Below, piece by piece: positions 10,861 to 25,800 of a DNA stretch of 64,000 nt (positions within the stretch are counted from its first letter, which is position 1; each line of letters opens with the position of its first letter). This DNA comes from Phoronis australis. Its lineage: Eukaryota > Animalia > Phoronida. The stretch is from the NCBI GenBank assembly GCA_002633005.1, contig NMRA01000326.1, positions 1-64,000 of the forward strand, read 5' to 3'. A program made the position numbers and the translations under genes. Below the pieces are notes generated by a model. That model was given only the letters and a program-made list of their open reading frames with translations. It searched no databases and had not been told where the DNA came from.

Positions 10861-13800
10861 GTGAGTTCACTTCTGTCTTCAAACTGATGAGTTTGAGAAG
10901 TTCTATTATTTCAGTTTTGCTATTTACTATTATTATTGTTATTATTATTGTTATTATTATTATCATTGTTATTACTATTATTACCCGAGTGTTAATTGGG
11001 TCGACTTGTGCATTATTTTGTTGGCATTATGTTACACACAAGGAAATGCTCTGGTTCTTAAAAAACATTTCCTTTTTAGTCATTGACAGAAACTAAAATT
11101 AAAAACTTAACTATGTTCTGGTATTAAAGCATTGGATTTTTCCAAATGCATTTTTGCCCTAAGGCTTCCAAATCATTATCATTGCAAATACTGAAGTGCT
11201 TTGCAATAAATTGCCTTTGAATTCTTGTGCAGGTCACCCTGCCTTAACTACTGAAACTAGACTGGCCTCAGGCAATCAACATGTAGGAGACTGGTCTGAA
11301 GCTATAACCAAGTGTCTGTTGTTCTCAAGCTCAGAAATCATTTGTGTTATCTGAGCTAAGAACAATTGGTGGCACCCATCAATGAGTGGTCTGTGTTTAA
11401 CCTTTTGTTTTTACTGAAAGCACCTGTTCAACCACACTGACACTGCCCAAAACCTCTTCATTTATGACAGAAACAATTTTTATCAACATACAACATTAAA
11501 GTTTCACCTATTGTTAAAAATACAGGTTTTACTGGTTTGCTTAACCCTTTGCCAAAAGTTTGATTGCTTTTTATATTAGTTACAAACTGATATATGAATT
11601 CTTTTTGATGGTAGAAATAGACTTCTTTGTAAAAAAGAGTTAATCAGCTTATTTTTGTAACTAATTTCTTATCACCATAAGTTCCTCATGGACACCATGA
11701 AATTTAAAATCTTAAAAGATTTATTTACATTGATGTTTAAAAACATCATTGTATTGAGCATGACCAGCTCTCCCTTTCAAATTTCACAGCATTTTTATTG
11801 GTATTAAGATCACTTTGATAAGGGGTGGTGTACACAAGTCAAGTTGTCCATTGTGTTGCTCAGGCAGGTCACACAATAGAGATTGGGACATATCAACAAA
11901 GATACTATAGTTGCTTTGCAGATTGTTTCCCTTCTGTTGTAGTTAATCAAATTTTTGCCATTCATGCAAGGAAAACGTTCTATTTTCAATGACAGTTTTA
12001 TTTTTTATTGTCCACAGTGGCTAAAATGGGAGGGAAGGAGCGTTGCCATGAACAGGAACCATTGTCATTGACACCCATCTCTGTTCCTTAATCACCACAA
12101 ACTAAGCCGATCATAAATGTCCAGGCCCTGGGTGATGCCAATTAGTAATAAGGACTCCTGTACTGCTTTCCGACTGAAGCTTTACCCCCCCTCCCTGCAC
12201 CTCCCCCACTTAACTTCAGTGGGAACGGGTATTCTGTTGACTGGCCAAGTCTTTTTCAATATTAAATCAAAATCTACGACATCTCTTAATTGTAGCTTTT
12301 CCATGCTTTGGGCAAACACCTGGCGATGGCGTAGTTGTGTTTGTCCACATTTTAAGTATTACCATTCTCCCTGTAGATGAGCTAAGCAAGAAACATATGG
12401 CCATAGCCAAGTCTGAAGTTGTGAAATACACGTAATTTGGTCAATAGGTGGCAGTGTGTCTAACAAAATTGGATTGGAGAGCTTCGGGCTGCTGGAACTC
12501 TATGGTTCTGACACGTTTCACTTTTCAACATTATTTTGAAATATTTTGAAAGTTTGCATTGTTCTCCTATATAAGAACGTGTGTCATTCCAAATCAATGA
12601 AAGAACTCTGAGGAACCTAGACTAAGGAATCAGCAGCACGAAAAAATTTGCTGCCAACATAATCAAATATAAAAATATGCAAATTTTCTGTAGCATTTTA
12701 TCTGATATGCTGAATTAAAGATCACCTGAACATTGAGTAAATGTAATTGGTTACTTTTATTGCATTTCTGTCAGGTAATTCAGTCATTTTTGTGCTATTC
12801 AAAATACATTGAATTTATCATAGCACTTGGGCTTATGGTGTTCAAACCTGACTCATATGTCAAATGCTTTTCTTCTTTTTGTATAGTTTAGATCTGCAAG
12901 GTTATTTTGTTTCAAACACCCATTTGATACCTTTCCAGAAACAGGTTGGGTAAACCTGCAGGTTGTAGGTAGAAAAACTGTAATTGATCCGACCAGTAGT
13001 TGGGTTGCTCAAAAGAAAACGTGTTGAAAGCTGTACATCCAGAACGCATTATATTTAGAGCACAATGCATTGTTTTAGTCTAAGCTGGTCTGTATCTAAT
13101 CATTAACTGTAGAAATAAGGTGACTTTATGTTTAGTATTGATTACCTTTTCAGGTGCAAATATCAGGTGTTGATACAAAACTTCACTCACACAGCAGCCA
13201 TATGCAAATTGTTTTCTTTTGCAGCAAACAAAAAGGCTGACTGATCTGGTATTCAACAGAGAAAGGTTGACCAAGTTTAGAAATGCTGTCAATGAGTTGT
13301 TTAATGTCTTTGGTGACATTTTGACCAATGAATTTGGTGAAGACTTTATCTCCGCTGCGGCCATAAAAGCTAGGCTGGAAGAAGTTGTAAGTACAGATTT
13401 TGTTCATTTTATTTCATACAGTAGATCTCAAATTGTAAGAAGTTGTAAGTACAAATTTTGTTCATTTTTATTTCATACAGTAGATCTCAAATTGTAAGAA
13501 GTTGTAAGTACAGATTTTGTTCTTTTTTATTTCATACAGTAGATCTCAAATTTGAGCAATTGTCATTTTTATTTCTCTAAGGCTCTATTTTAAAAGATGC
13601 TCAAACGTTTGTTATGTGGTTGTTGATGACACTTGTACAATGTGAAGTGGTCATGTATTGAAGTAAAGTTTCTTCCTATTTGTTTTGTTGAAATTTTTGA
13701 AAATAAATTTCACTGTTTTGTCGTATTGGGCTCTGTAATAAAGAAAGTTTAGTTTTCATCTGTTTCACTGGTCCTTTGTTTAATTGAAAAATATTATAAG

Positions 13801-16800
13801 CATAAATGTTTGAGTGATTACTATAAAGAGTTTCATTCAACTATCATTTGTACAGCCTAGTAGGTAGGTTATGTTTTATATAATATTTATGAAGAGGAGA
13901 GATCAAGGTTATTGTGAACCCATTGATTTTAACACAGTGCAGATTTTAAGCTTTTAATTTAGTCGTAAGATTTTCAGTCATTATGATTACATTTTTATAC
14001 CGGTCATTTACATTTTAGTGGTCAAGTGGTCAAACGATTGTAGTGTAGATAAAGATTTGAAAATCTAGTAATATTGTATTAAAAGAAACCCAGACACCTA
14101 CGGATTTTGAGGATGTGTTTGCAATCCATGCAGCGATGTAAACAGCCCAGCAACAGACCTTTATGTGTTGTGTGTACATTTACATCCATTCAGCAATGAG
14201 ACATGCCGATTACGTTCAATAGGAAGCCTGATAATGCACAACCAAGATGGCTGCCTTTTACCAGGTTGTTTATTTCTGTTTCTATGTCAGGGGAACAAAA
14301 CCTGCTGCATAAAAAGGCAACAGTCAGATATAATGTGCCCACTTTATGAGAACCAGTTTGATGCAGTGGAGAAAATTGGCTCTCAAAATGCGGGCATGTT
14401 ATATTAGACCATTACCTATAAAAATGTGTCTACAAGATAACCACACCCACTTCAATAAGGAACAGGTTGAGTGGTCTGAATCAAAGTTAGTTTTCTTGAT
14501 GAAATGTAAGTTTGGAATGCTGTTTTATGAGTTTTAACTAGAATTGAGTATGCTTTATTACACGTTCATGCCTATGGTAACAGCCAGGTTGTCAGTCTGA
14601 ACAAAGAAGTGCGCCCACTGTTGATTTTTGCTATTTTGTTTAAGCTTTAGCACAGTTGCATTCAAGGCTAATTTACTGGAGGCATAATATATTCTCCATA
14701 ACATCCATTCCTTTGTAAAAGTTGCCATGCTTTCATTGATTTGTTTTTTTAATAAACAACCGGTTCTATTTAGCAGTTATAACTAATTTGTAGTCCACTG
14801 TTTTAAATAAACATACTAGATTTGTACTGTGTAACATTTACACACTGGTGATCAATAATCAGGTAGTGTTGGTAGCATGGTCTGATTTCTGCTTATGTTT
14901 AATATTACATTTAGTCCTGTTGGCATTTGCAATGGCGAGCTTATGGCTTTGGAAACATGGGAATCGCTGTGGTTTAGCTGATGTTTAAATACAGTGTGAT
15001 ATTTACCCAGTTTGAGAAGAAATGTTGGAATCTTGACAAAATGTAAAACAACAAAATCCATATTTACGCAAGATGTTTATTGTTGGCAAACATTTGACCT
15101 AGTGTTTTCTTGGCAGTTTGTTGTGGACAGCTCCTGAGAACCTTAATTCAATTTGCACTCAAGATAGAAGCAAACATTCTTTCTTTAATGTCTGTGTGTA
15201 GTAGTCCCTATTTAAAGAGTTCCCACCATAACCTTGTGTCTCAAAAAGAATTATATTAATGCATCTTAGGAGATTTACTAGCCTTTAGTATACCTGTTGC
15301 TAAGAAACGACGAGCCAATTTATTTAAGAAATATTTTTCTGTTATCGGGGTTGTACTTAATGGGTGGAAGACCATCTCCGCTGTTGTTGTTTTTACCAGT
15401 GCGATACTGTGGAATTGTGAGGAAAGTCTGTGGAGAATCATTTTTTTCAGACATGACAATGTGCGTTTGTGGAGGCTGTAGTAACAGCAACATGACTGAG
15501 AATGTCTCTGTGTTCAAATTTTCTAGATATGTGAAAGTAGCACAGAAATGGCATCAGTTCATGCGCCGCACAAAAGTGTGGAATGTCAGTCTCATTTCAA
15601 GGAATTATGTTTCAACCAAACACAAAAGCAGTGTTATGATGAAGGATGCTCCACCTTGTAAGTGTATTTGCAAATTTCATAAATGCGAACAAACTGCTTC
15701 CATTCTAGGGCGAGTGATGTCAGGCCCTCGACCCAGATCGAGTGCTACGATGTGCTTATTCCATCATGGCAATAGCAAATACGAGTTACTCGGGTTTAGT
15801 GTGGCCTTTGTCACTGATTATTGAGTGTCTATTTTTTAATATTGACCAGTCCCTTGGTTCAGTTGGTTGTGCCTCACATATGTCTGCAGCATTTCTCGTG
15901 CAAGAGGGATGAGTTCACACGGCTTTAAAGTGGGAAATCAAATTCGTTGTCTGATTCTTGAAATACTTTAGTGTGATCATGACCATATCCATCCTCCTCT
16001 TTGTCTGCATAATTGTCCAGTTCTCTCTCTAAATCGTGCCGGTCTTCTTATCCGCTGTATTCTGCCGATTGCTGTTGATTGTCAAGTGACCAAAAGGCGA
16101 CTTCTACCTGTTACTTTTTTTGTCAGGACACTTGGAAATAACTAATTTTTCTTCAAAATAAAAAGATTGCCATTATTTGGCATAAACAGTGCTTTAGCTA
16201 GATTTTATGATATTCATTTCAAATTCTATCTGAAACCTCAAAATTACAAAAATGCATGGTTGGAGCTCTGTAATGCAGATAAGTCTGAAATGACTGACAC
16301 AAGGTTAATAACCTTTCCATGCTTAATGGTTTAAAGTGGTGAGTTCTGTCCCTATTAGAAAGAGCAGGTCTCATGGAGTGTTTTCCAAAACTATTCAGCC
16401 CTGTTGCTTTTTCATCCACCCACATACTTATACATGGGTGTGTATTGCAGTCATCTTTGTCCAGAAGTCTGGCATCTGCTGCTGGATCTCATAAGTGCTT
16501 TGCAGGAACATAATGAGTTTTATCTGATGTGTTCATGGTTGACGATGGGTCTCGATGACTTTCGGATGATTCGATTCGAGAACTACCCCATAGTGGCAAT
16601 TTTATTTTTTCATGTTCATGGCTGTATCTCCTTAATCCTTTGGAGGATCTTTGTGAAATTGGGCACATAAGTTCCTATGGAAATGGCAATGGAAGACTAT
16701 GAGTGTCAGACCAGTCTGCCCTGCCCCTTGTTGGCAAATTCATTACTTGGCGAAATAAATTTCGCCAAGTATGTTGCTCTTCCACTAAGTTTGTTTTTTT

Positions 16801-19800
16801 TTTNNNNNNNNNNNNNNNNNNNNNNNNNNNNNNNNNNNNNNNNNNNNNNNNNNNNNNNNNNNNNNNNNNNNNNNNNNNNNNNNNNNNNNNNNNNNNNNNN
16901 NNNNNNNNNNNNNNNNNNNNNNNNNNNNNNNNNNNNNNNNNNNNNNNNNNNNNNNNNNNNNNNNNNNNNNNNNNNNNNNNNNNNNNNNNNNNNNNNNNNN
17001 NNNNNNNNNNNNNNNNNNNNNNNNNNNNNNNNNNNNNNNNNNNNNNNNNNNNNNNNNNNNNNNNNNNNNNNNNNNNNNNNNNNNNNNNNNNNNNNNNNNN
17101 NNNNNNNNNNNNNNNNNNNNNNNNNNNNNNNNNNNNNNNNNNNNNNNNNNNNNNNNNNNNNNNNNNNNNNNNNNNNNNNNNNNNNNNNNNNNNNNNNNNN
17201 NNNNNNNNNNNNNNNNNNNNNNNNNNNNNNNNNNNNNNNNNNNNNNNNNNNNNNNNNNNNNNNNNNNNNNNNNNNNNNNNNNNNNNNNNNNNNNNNNNNN
17301 NNNNNTTCAATTGAACTAGACTGCAGCCTATTTCTTAATGATTTATGACATCTAAATTCGTCATATGAATGTTGTGATGTTGTTCATCATCGCCACCAAC
17401 ATCATCATATTCGTCATCATCGTCATCATCTTCGTCATCATCTCCGTCTTTTCCTTAATTTCGCCAAGTGTCGCTCAAGACTAGCCTTTTTCTTACTGAT
17501 TTCGGACTCCTACGTTCGTCATGTGTATGTTATTAACTTCTTTTGTTCATCCTCACCACCATCTTCGTCATATTCGTCATCTTCGTCATCATCTTTATCG
17601 TCATCTTTTTGGTTAATTTCGCCAAGGTTCGCTCCTCGGAGCGCTTTCATTTTTATATGTTTTCCTCTTTATCTTTGGAGCTTATCAGATGGATGTTTGT
17701 GAACGTTTGCAACTAGGTCTCTTTATAAGAAGATAACAATGCCTTTGTGTTGATTTTAAGATGAACTTAACAATTTTTGTGACCATGGCAATTGCTCCTG
17801 ATTCTGTGGCAGGATCTTTGTGAACTTTTGCAGGTGTTTTCCTATTAATGAGATAACGACTTTCCATGACTTTTGGAGACTCTGGCTACTGCTGTGCTTC
17901 TTACCAGAAATTTTAGTTTTTACATTTGTCGTTGTTGTTGGAATTTTTTGGGTGGATTTTCATGATATTTGACCAATAGTTTCATATTAGAGAGAAGACA
18001 ATGCCTTCCCAATGTTGGACATGTGCGACGCATTGTGCACCATCTAATGACCATTTTCATGATTTTGAAACATCTCTATAATTATCCTGTTTGTGGCACA
18101 GCCGTGGGCACATTTCAATGCTCTGCGTTTTTCTTGTTAATTTCAGTCATCATTTGACTTTACTTGCTGATTATGGATCAGGGTTATCCATATCCCTAAG
18201 GATCTTCATGGGCGTTCTCATTAACAACGTCCTTTTCTCATTATCACAGTCATTTTTCCTTACAACCTGTGGATCTCTTCTCATCAACCACTCAATTCTT
18301 ATTGAGTTATTTTCTCATTAACCACATTGAACAGTTTGTAATAGCAACTGTATCCATACGCTGTTTTTTCTTAGATATTGCGGCATGACACTATTAATTT
18401 ATATAGTCAAACTGTCTTACCTTCCATTTTATGATACATTACACATGCTGATGGCTACAATTAATGCTAAAATGAAAAAGATTCATTTTCAAAATATATT
18501 TTTCCATGATTATACCTCATATTTTAACATTTGATATTTGTTGACTTTATGCTTGTAATGCTTGCCTTTCTGACATTTTGTGGTTTTGGGTGAATTCTCA
18601 TGCACGCTGGATAAACCAACCTCCAACTTATTTCATTTGTTGTTTGGAATAATTGACTGTCTTATTTTCATTAATTATTGTGAAATTTATATTTTAAAAT
18701 TAATTCTGTTAACGTGTATTCAAATAAAACCCCATCTTACCATGGAGTTAGTCAATCTGAAATGACAGAGGTAAAAAGATATTTGTTTGTTAGAAAAAAA
18801 TTACATTCGTGATAAATGAAATGCAGTCAATGAGAAAAGAACAGAAGTAGTAAGGACCCAATTCTGATTGATGAGAAAGCAACCACAGCTCGTAAGAAAA
18901 AAAATGCATTAATGAGCAAAGGACACTGTTATGAGAACAACTGAACCATGAGGGATATTGGCCATGCATGAATGTCATGAAGGAAGCCATCTCATTGCTG
19001 TAGAGTAAAGTTATGTTGATTTGTTGAATAAATGGAAGCTCAACTGTTCTTATGGTTTAATTCTTTAATTCACTATTTTGTTATCTGTGTTACATAATGT
19101 ATCTTCTTGAGGGGGTAACTGAACTTGTGTCAGTGTCCAGAAGCCCTTCATTTGGTTGTCTTCCACTTCTTTTCATTCTCAGTAAGAGGGATAGAGACCC
19201 CTGTGTATTCAATCTTATTCACTCCTAGACTATTATGTAACCCCTTCTCTCCTTGGTGCCCAGATGTTGGATATCAACATACACCTATTGTTAGTTATTA
19301 TAACCATTCCATTGGGTTATGTAAATCATCTGATGGCTTAGCTACAGTAATTTAGTGGACGTGATGCATTGCCATGCAACTATGTGAGGCATTACTGACC
19401 ACAGCACACATGTAGGAGCACCAATGTAGTTGGTTAGTCCTTCTTGAAACTTTCTGTTTTAATGGGATATATTCAGTTATTACTGATTCGTATTTATTCA
19501 TACTTGGTTGCCTGGTGTATTTGTACTGTGGCTGAGATGAAATTTATTCATTTTTTATTCTGTATTTGAAGTGGATAAGTGATCCAGTTGTTTTGGCATT
19601 GAGTAGTTATTAATGCCAACTTCTGTTCATGAAGATATGTTGGAAAAAGGAAATTTATACTTTGTGTCATTTTCCTGATATTGTTCTGAGACTCTGGTAG
19701 TGTTGTGGTTGCCACAAATATACTTGATCTGTTTTACAGGGTGTAGTGGATACTGTGTCAAAAAAACGTCTTACACTTAATTAGTCAGTTGTTTAAACCA

Positions 19801-22800
19801 GCAAGAATGTAGTTGTATAGTGTTACCATGTTGGGATGGGTACTGTTTGTTGCTATGCGGATGTGACAGGATGTATTCTCAATTTATTCATCATTGATTT
19901 TTAGCGGCCAGTTAATTACACTCAAATACAAAATAGTGCTGCCTTTTGTTCCCTTTAACTTCACCTGTCATTTTGATGCTTTGCTGGAGATTTTGTTGAT
20001 AGTGAGGCTGTAGATGCTGGATATCAGTGATGCGTTCTGTAGATGAGTGAAAGTCGTGAAAACATATTAAATCACTAACTTGCATTACAGGCCAAGAATG
20101 CGATTATACTAGCTTTATTCATGTATAGCTGGGGTTTATGGAACAGTCCCAGCTTGAATGGTAAAATTGCCAAGCTGGTTCCATTTCATTGAATATTTTA
20201 AATGTATAAATTGTAATTGATAAAGTGATGTTTAATGGATTTCGCTGCATTTTATATGAGGTTTTGTCATCTAGATGTTAGTACATGCTGTTTCTACCTA
20301 TCGATGAATAATTAATCTTTACTTTTCTCTGAACTAATGAATCGTTGACTGCATTGCTTTACTTACTTTGACGTTTCAGGATTGTGAACAGTGGCAGGAA
20401 CTCCGGTATAAATATCTAGACGATCCTTATTATGGAATGTCAGAAAGTGGATTTAGTCAGACTTCAAACAAAGAGCCTGCTAAGTTGATGATGGAGTTCA
20501 TTGACACTCTCGACGGAGTACGGAACTCTGTAAATAAAAAGGTGGATGACTACGCGGACAATGAAGCAGTGTTGAACAATAAAATTGAAGAATTGAAAGG
20601 TTTGTGTCATTTGCATTCAAGTGTGCTGTAGTTAAAATAAGTAGAACTGACTAAAAATCAGCAATGTATCTGTTGAAAAATGGCCTCTCAACAGATTCTG
20701 GTTGTGGTTTTGGATATGAGAGTTAATTACGTAACTTGATCACGGCAGGTCTTGGGTTTGAGAAGTTTGATAAGGAATTACTTGGGGCAGGAAACATTAT
20801 TTTTGCTCTGTGTTAATGTGAAACTGTTAGTTCTCATGTCTGTGATTTGATGGTCACTACAGAATGGGATTTACAGTTTCATTTTTTGTGAATCCGCAAT
20901 TAATGTGAGCTTGCAAATTTGGATGAAAAGTGACATAGAGGGCAACCCACATGTGTGGATACATATTGCCGTCATCTCTGCCTGGGCGTCCTGTCATGTG
21001 ACATATGGAGCTGTATATCTAAAACCTCTTGAAGAATCTTTATGAAAATTGGTGCATGCATTTGTATGGAGATAGCGACAGAAGGCAACAATTTTCGCTG
21101 TGCCTCCTAGTAGCAATCTTAGTACTCTACTCTAGCCTTTGTATTCGTTGAGTTCCTTTAGGGATTTGACGACATATAGGTTTGAATTAAAGAAGTGAAG
21201 ATGGATTGGATGTAGCCTGTGTTGCTTTTTTGGCCTTTGCTTCTGTTTATGCCAAACTGCACTAAGGATCATTAACAAAATTGACAGATGTGTTCCTGCT
21301 CAGAAAGCCATGGTAATCGTTATTTTTTTAGCAGGTCTGATGATTGTGGCATCACTAGTTACATTTTTTCCGTTTGTATCTCTGTAAAATTTGGCAAGTG
21401 TTTTTCTGTGGGTGTGGTGGTCACCCCTTCAGCAGCATTACCATTCCGTTATCTCATCTGTGGTCGTATTTAAATTGGTGGGTGGTGGTCAGTGAGCTTT
21501 GTTCATATCTTACTGACTAACCAGTAACCGTGCCTTCCACTACATTTCTATGCAAAGGATTACTTCTTACTTTTCATTGAGAAAGAAATTTATTGTTGTT
21601 TATGATTTCAATATTTGTATTTTTTTTTTATTGCAGAAAAATTGAGTCAGGCACAAGAAGAAATCAGAGATCTTAAATGGCGTGCAACGTTGGACAAGGC
21701 AGACAGGAACACATTGAGATCAACTCAGGAACATTTTGAAAATGTTATCAAGAAAAAGAATGAGCGCATTGAGCAGTAAGTTAGATCATTTCTTATGTTA
21801 GTTATATCTGAGTTTGGTGTGTAACACATTCTGAGTATTTCTGATATTCTTTTAAGCTTTTAGCGATATTTGCTGGTCTTGTGGACAAAAGTCAAATAAA
21901 ATTAAATGGTAAGATATGCGATTGTATCAATGGTAATGCAGTGCTACCTAGTAATTGGATCATGTGTGAAATGTTAAACATTCATATTAAAACGTGCATC
22001 ATGTTTACATTCAATTGCTGGCTTTGTTCCTGAAATAGACTTGAAGATGAAAGCCATGTTTTATTAGAATGCCCTTTGTACAAAATGAACTGAGAAAGTA
22101 CTACACCATCAATGCAAATGTTCATGTATAGACATGTATCTATGTTCACTATGACTTAATTAAACCTGTCAAAATTCATAGATGCTGCAGCACCTGCAAC
22201 AAAGGAAAAGTCACTTGCTATGGGACTGTATTGTAGTCAATTTATTGCTAATGTTAATTTTTGGTATTGATTCTGTTTATAGTTTTGTACATTGGCTATT
22301 GGCTTGTGTACTTGGAATAAACTTGTTCTTTTCTTCTTTGCCTGTTTCCTCTTCTGTTTTGAGTTATGTTTGAGTGTAATTGTGCATCAAAACAAGAGCG
22401 ATGAGTTACTATTTAAGGTTTTGCTTTGCTTTTAACATGTGATGTAGGAGGTTTGTATTTTAACAGGTTGGAAAGAGATTCCAACGTTATCCTATGGGAA
22501 AAGGAGAAAGAAAAATTACTGTCCAACAGTAAGAAAAGGTGAGGCATTGTTTTTCACAATTCACTTATCAGTCACTTGTTTATTTGGCAGTGTTGTCTAT
22601 TTTGAGCCTTTCCACTGGTCATACATCATTATTTAGGGGTGCTACTTATTTATTTTTATATTTCTGACTTCCTAGTCTCTCAAAATATAATGCTGCAATC
22701 TTAATCAAGGTACCTAAACTACACGGTTAACGGACTCATAAACACGGCCCACGGATGCATGAACATGACTTACGGACCTGCAAACACCATCCACTGACTC

Positions 22801-25800
22801 ACAAACGCAAGAACGGTCTCACAAAACACAATCTACGCACCCAAATACATGGGACACGGACTCATATTCCCGAGGAAACATGGTTAACGGACCGCCAAAC
22901 ATGGTTTATAGACAAAATGGAGATGTCAGCTGACCCAGGAAGCTGATGAGTCTGTGACCCGTGTTTGGTGGTCCGTTAACCGTGTTTCCTCGTGAATATG
23001 AGTCCGTGTCCCGTGTATTTGGGTGCGTGGATCGTGTTTTGTGAGTCTGTTCTCGTGTTTGTGAGTCAGTGGACGGTGTTTGCAGGTCCATGAGTCGTAT
23101 TCATGCGTCCGTGTCCGTGTTTATGAGTCCGTTGACCATGAAGTTTAGGTACCTTGTTAATCAGTCACCTTATAATGCTGATCGAGTTCCCGGTCAGTCT
23201 CAGTATAATGCTGATTTCCTATCAGTCACAGTATAATGCTGACTTTCCAGCCAGTCACAGTATAATGTTGGCTTCCCAGTCAGTCTCGGTATAAATGCTG
23301 ACTTAGTCAGTCACAGTTTAGTGCTGACTTCCTAGTCAGTCACAGTATAATGCTGACTTCTGATTCAGCCACAGAAACATTCTTCAACTTAGTGTAGATT
23401 AGTGATTTTTTAATGACTTGTGTTCTGTTTTGAAGTTCTTTAGAAATATGGAATAAAAGAAATTGAGGAAAGTGTCTCGTAGCCGTCAAGATATGGATGT
23501 TGTCATGGTATAGATGTAACCGTTGTGGTGCTATATGAATATTGTCATAGTTTAGATGTAACCGTGGTGCTATGTGTGTAACCTTGGACATCTTGTAGAG
23601 AATTCCAACTGCAGAACAGGGTGCAAGAATTAGAAGACGAAAATAATAGAATGAAAGAAAACTTAACTCGAAAACTCAATGTAAGTTTGGATTTTTCTTT
23701 CTTTCCTGTTAGTGAGTTTATTTTGTTTAGAGTAAAGTTAGATGCAGTAATGTTCTATTTATTCTCTTTAAATAACTTTTGTTCATATTTGCTGTATCTA
23801 AAACAGCTTCACATTAAACACCCATCTCTTAGTGTCTTATGGCCTGACTCCTGTGGTACCCTATAGTGACAATTTTATTTTTTGTCTGTTTTGATATGTA
23901 CCAAGATTCTTGATGGACCTCCATAAATGCTGTTATGTATGATTCTATTGAGGGCATGCCTGATGTTGATTTTGTGATGAATATGACTACTCTGTGGTCC
24001 CATAGTGGCAAATTGTCATTGTGTATGTCTTAACATTCATTGATGGATTTTCATGAAACGTCACCAATTTGTTCCCAATGAAGAGAGCCCAACTGATGTT
24101 GATTTTGGAATGAATCTGACTATTGAGTAAAATTTTTAAAATGAGCACCTTAATATCATTGCTGTTTGTCATGGACATGATATCCGTTGTTCGTATAGGA
24201 TTTAGAGATATGAAATTTTAAACTCATTAGTTGTCAGTATTTTTATTGACTGTTGTTATGGTAACCCCAAATCTAAACTTAAGTTGTTTTTTGTTATAAA
24301 TCAGTCGTAAATGGTTCTAGGTATTTTTTGCTTAATAAATGCCTTGACTTACTTAAAGTATTAGTAAAATGTAGAGAACTTGGTGAGTATGAACCTCCAT
24401 CAAGGCACTGCACCTCCCTCTATCTTTCTATTAAAGACATAGTTTCACACCAAAACAACTGCTTTTCAACTCAAAGAATAGCATTGCAGGAGCCCGTTAC
24501 TTGGACTAGTTACTGTCCGCACAGCTTGATTAATTAGATAAGCCCAGCAGTAATGACCTTCTCCGACTTCAGCCGAGTCAATTTTGAAAACAGACTAGGC
24601 GGTTACATAAGCGTCTGTGACGTCGAGTCCGGAAGACAACTGTGTTGTAGGAATGAACTCGGCTGGTAAACCGCAGTCACACAAGGCAGAAACCAACATG
24701 GATTACGAAAGCTTTAGCGACGAGTCTTCCAACGACGAGGAAATTTTAGAAAATCTTTTGTAANNNNNNNNNNNNNNNNNNNNNNNNNNNNNNNNNNNNN
24801 NNNNNNNNNNNNNNNNNNNNNNNNNNNNNNNNNNNNNNNNNNNNNNNNNNNNNNNNNNNNNNNNNNNNNNNNNNNNNNNNNNNNNNNNNNNNNNNNNNNN
24901 NNNNNNNNNNNNNNNNNNNNNNNNNNNNNNNNNNNNNNNNNNNNNNNNNNNNNNNNNNNNNNNNNNNNNNNNNNNNNNNNNNNNNNNNNNNNNNNNNNNN
25001 NNNNNNNNNNNNNNNNNNNNNNNNNNNNNNNNNNNNNNNNNNNNNNNNNNNNNNNNNNNNNNNNNNNNNNNNNNNNNNNNNNNNNNNNNNNNNNNNNNNN
25101 NNNNNNNNNNNNNNNNNNNNNNNNNNNNNNNNNNNNNNNNNNNNNNNNNNNNNNNNNNNNNNNNNNNNNNNNNNNNNNNNNNNNNNNNNNNNNNNNNNNN
25201 NNNNNNNNNNNNNNNNNNNNNNNNNNNNNNNNNNNNNNNNNNNNNNNNNNNNNNNNNNNNNNNNNNNNNNNNNNNNNNNNNNNNNNNNNNNNNNNNNNNN
25301 NNNNNNNNNNNNNNNNNNNNNNNNNNNNNNNNNNNNNNNNNNNNNNNNNNNNNNNNNNNNNNNNNNNNNNNNNNNNNNNNNNNNNNNNNNNNNNNNNNNN
25401 NNNNNNNNNNNNNNNNNNNNNNNNNNNNNNNNNNNNNNNNNNNNNNNNNNNNNNNNNNNNNNNNNNNNNNNNNNNNNNNNNNNNNNNNNNNNNNNNNNNG
25501 ACCATGCGCATATGTGTCACATTTCAGAGAATTAATTGGCAAAAGTTGCATAATAAACCCATTCTAACAAACAGAAAGCTTCCATTTGTGCCAGATAGTC
25601 CCAGTACAAACCTATGGACAGACTCGGCAGTGATCGGGTCCGCTTCCGGATGTGACGTGTTTCCGAAGATAGCCGAAGTTGAAAATTTTCTGTTCTCGAA
25701 ATTTTGTGGGGAAGTGGGAGCGTGTTTTAAACGAATAATAGAAGAATATGGGGTGTGAAATAAAAAGAAATATGGTTTATAAGCAACCTTTATTAACAGT

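Noticed and set aside
10887-11096. Hydrophobic TM-like ORF (also 31030-31542 and the 5' part of 32716-33054)
   Set aside because: Translations of ATT microsatellite or AT-rich minisatellite sequence within introns.
16675-17348. Long ORFs spanning N runs (also 24703-25551, 29439-30629, 51873-52224)
   Set aside because: Open only because of gap characters.
22529-22534. Internal GTAAGA donor in exon 5
   Set aside because: It gives phase 1, incompatible with exon 6; the donor at 22539 keeps the frame.
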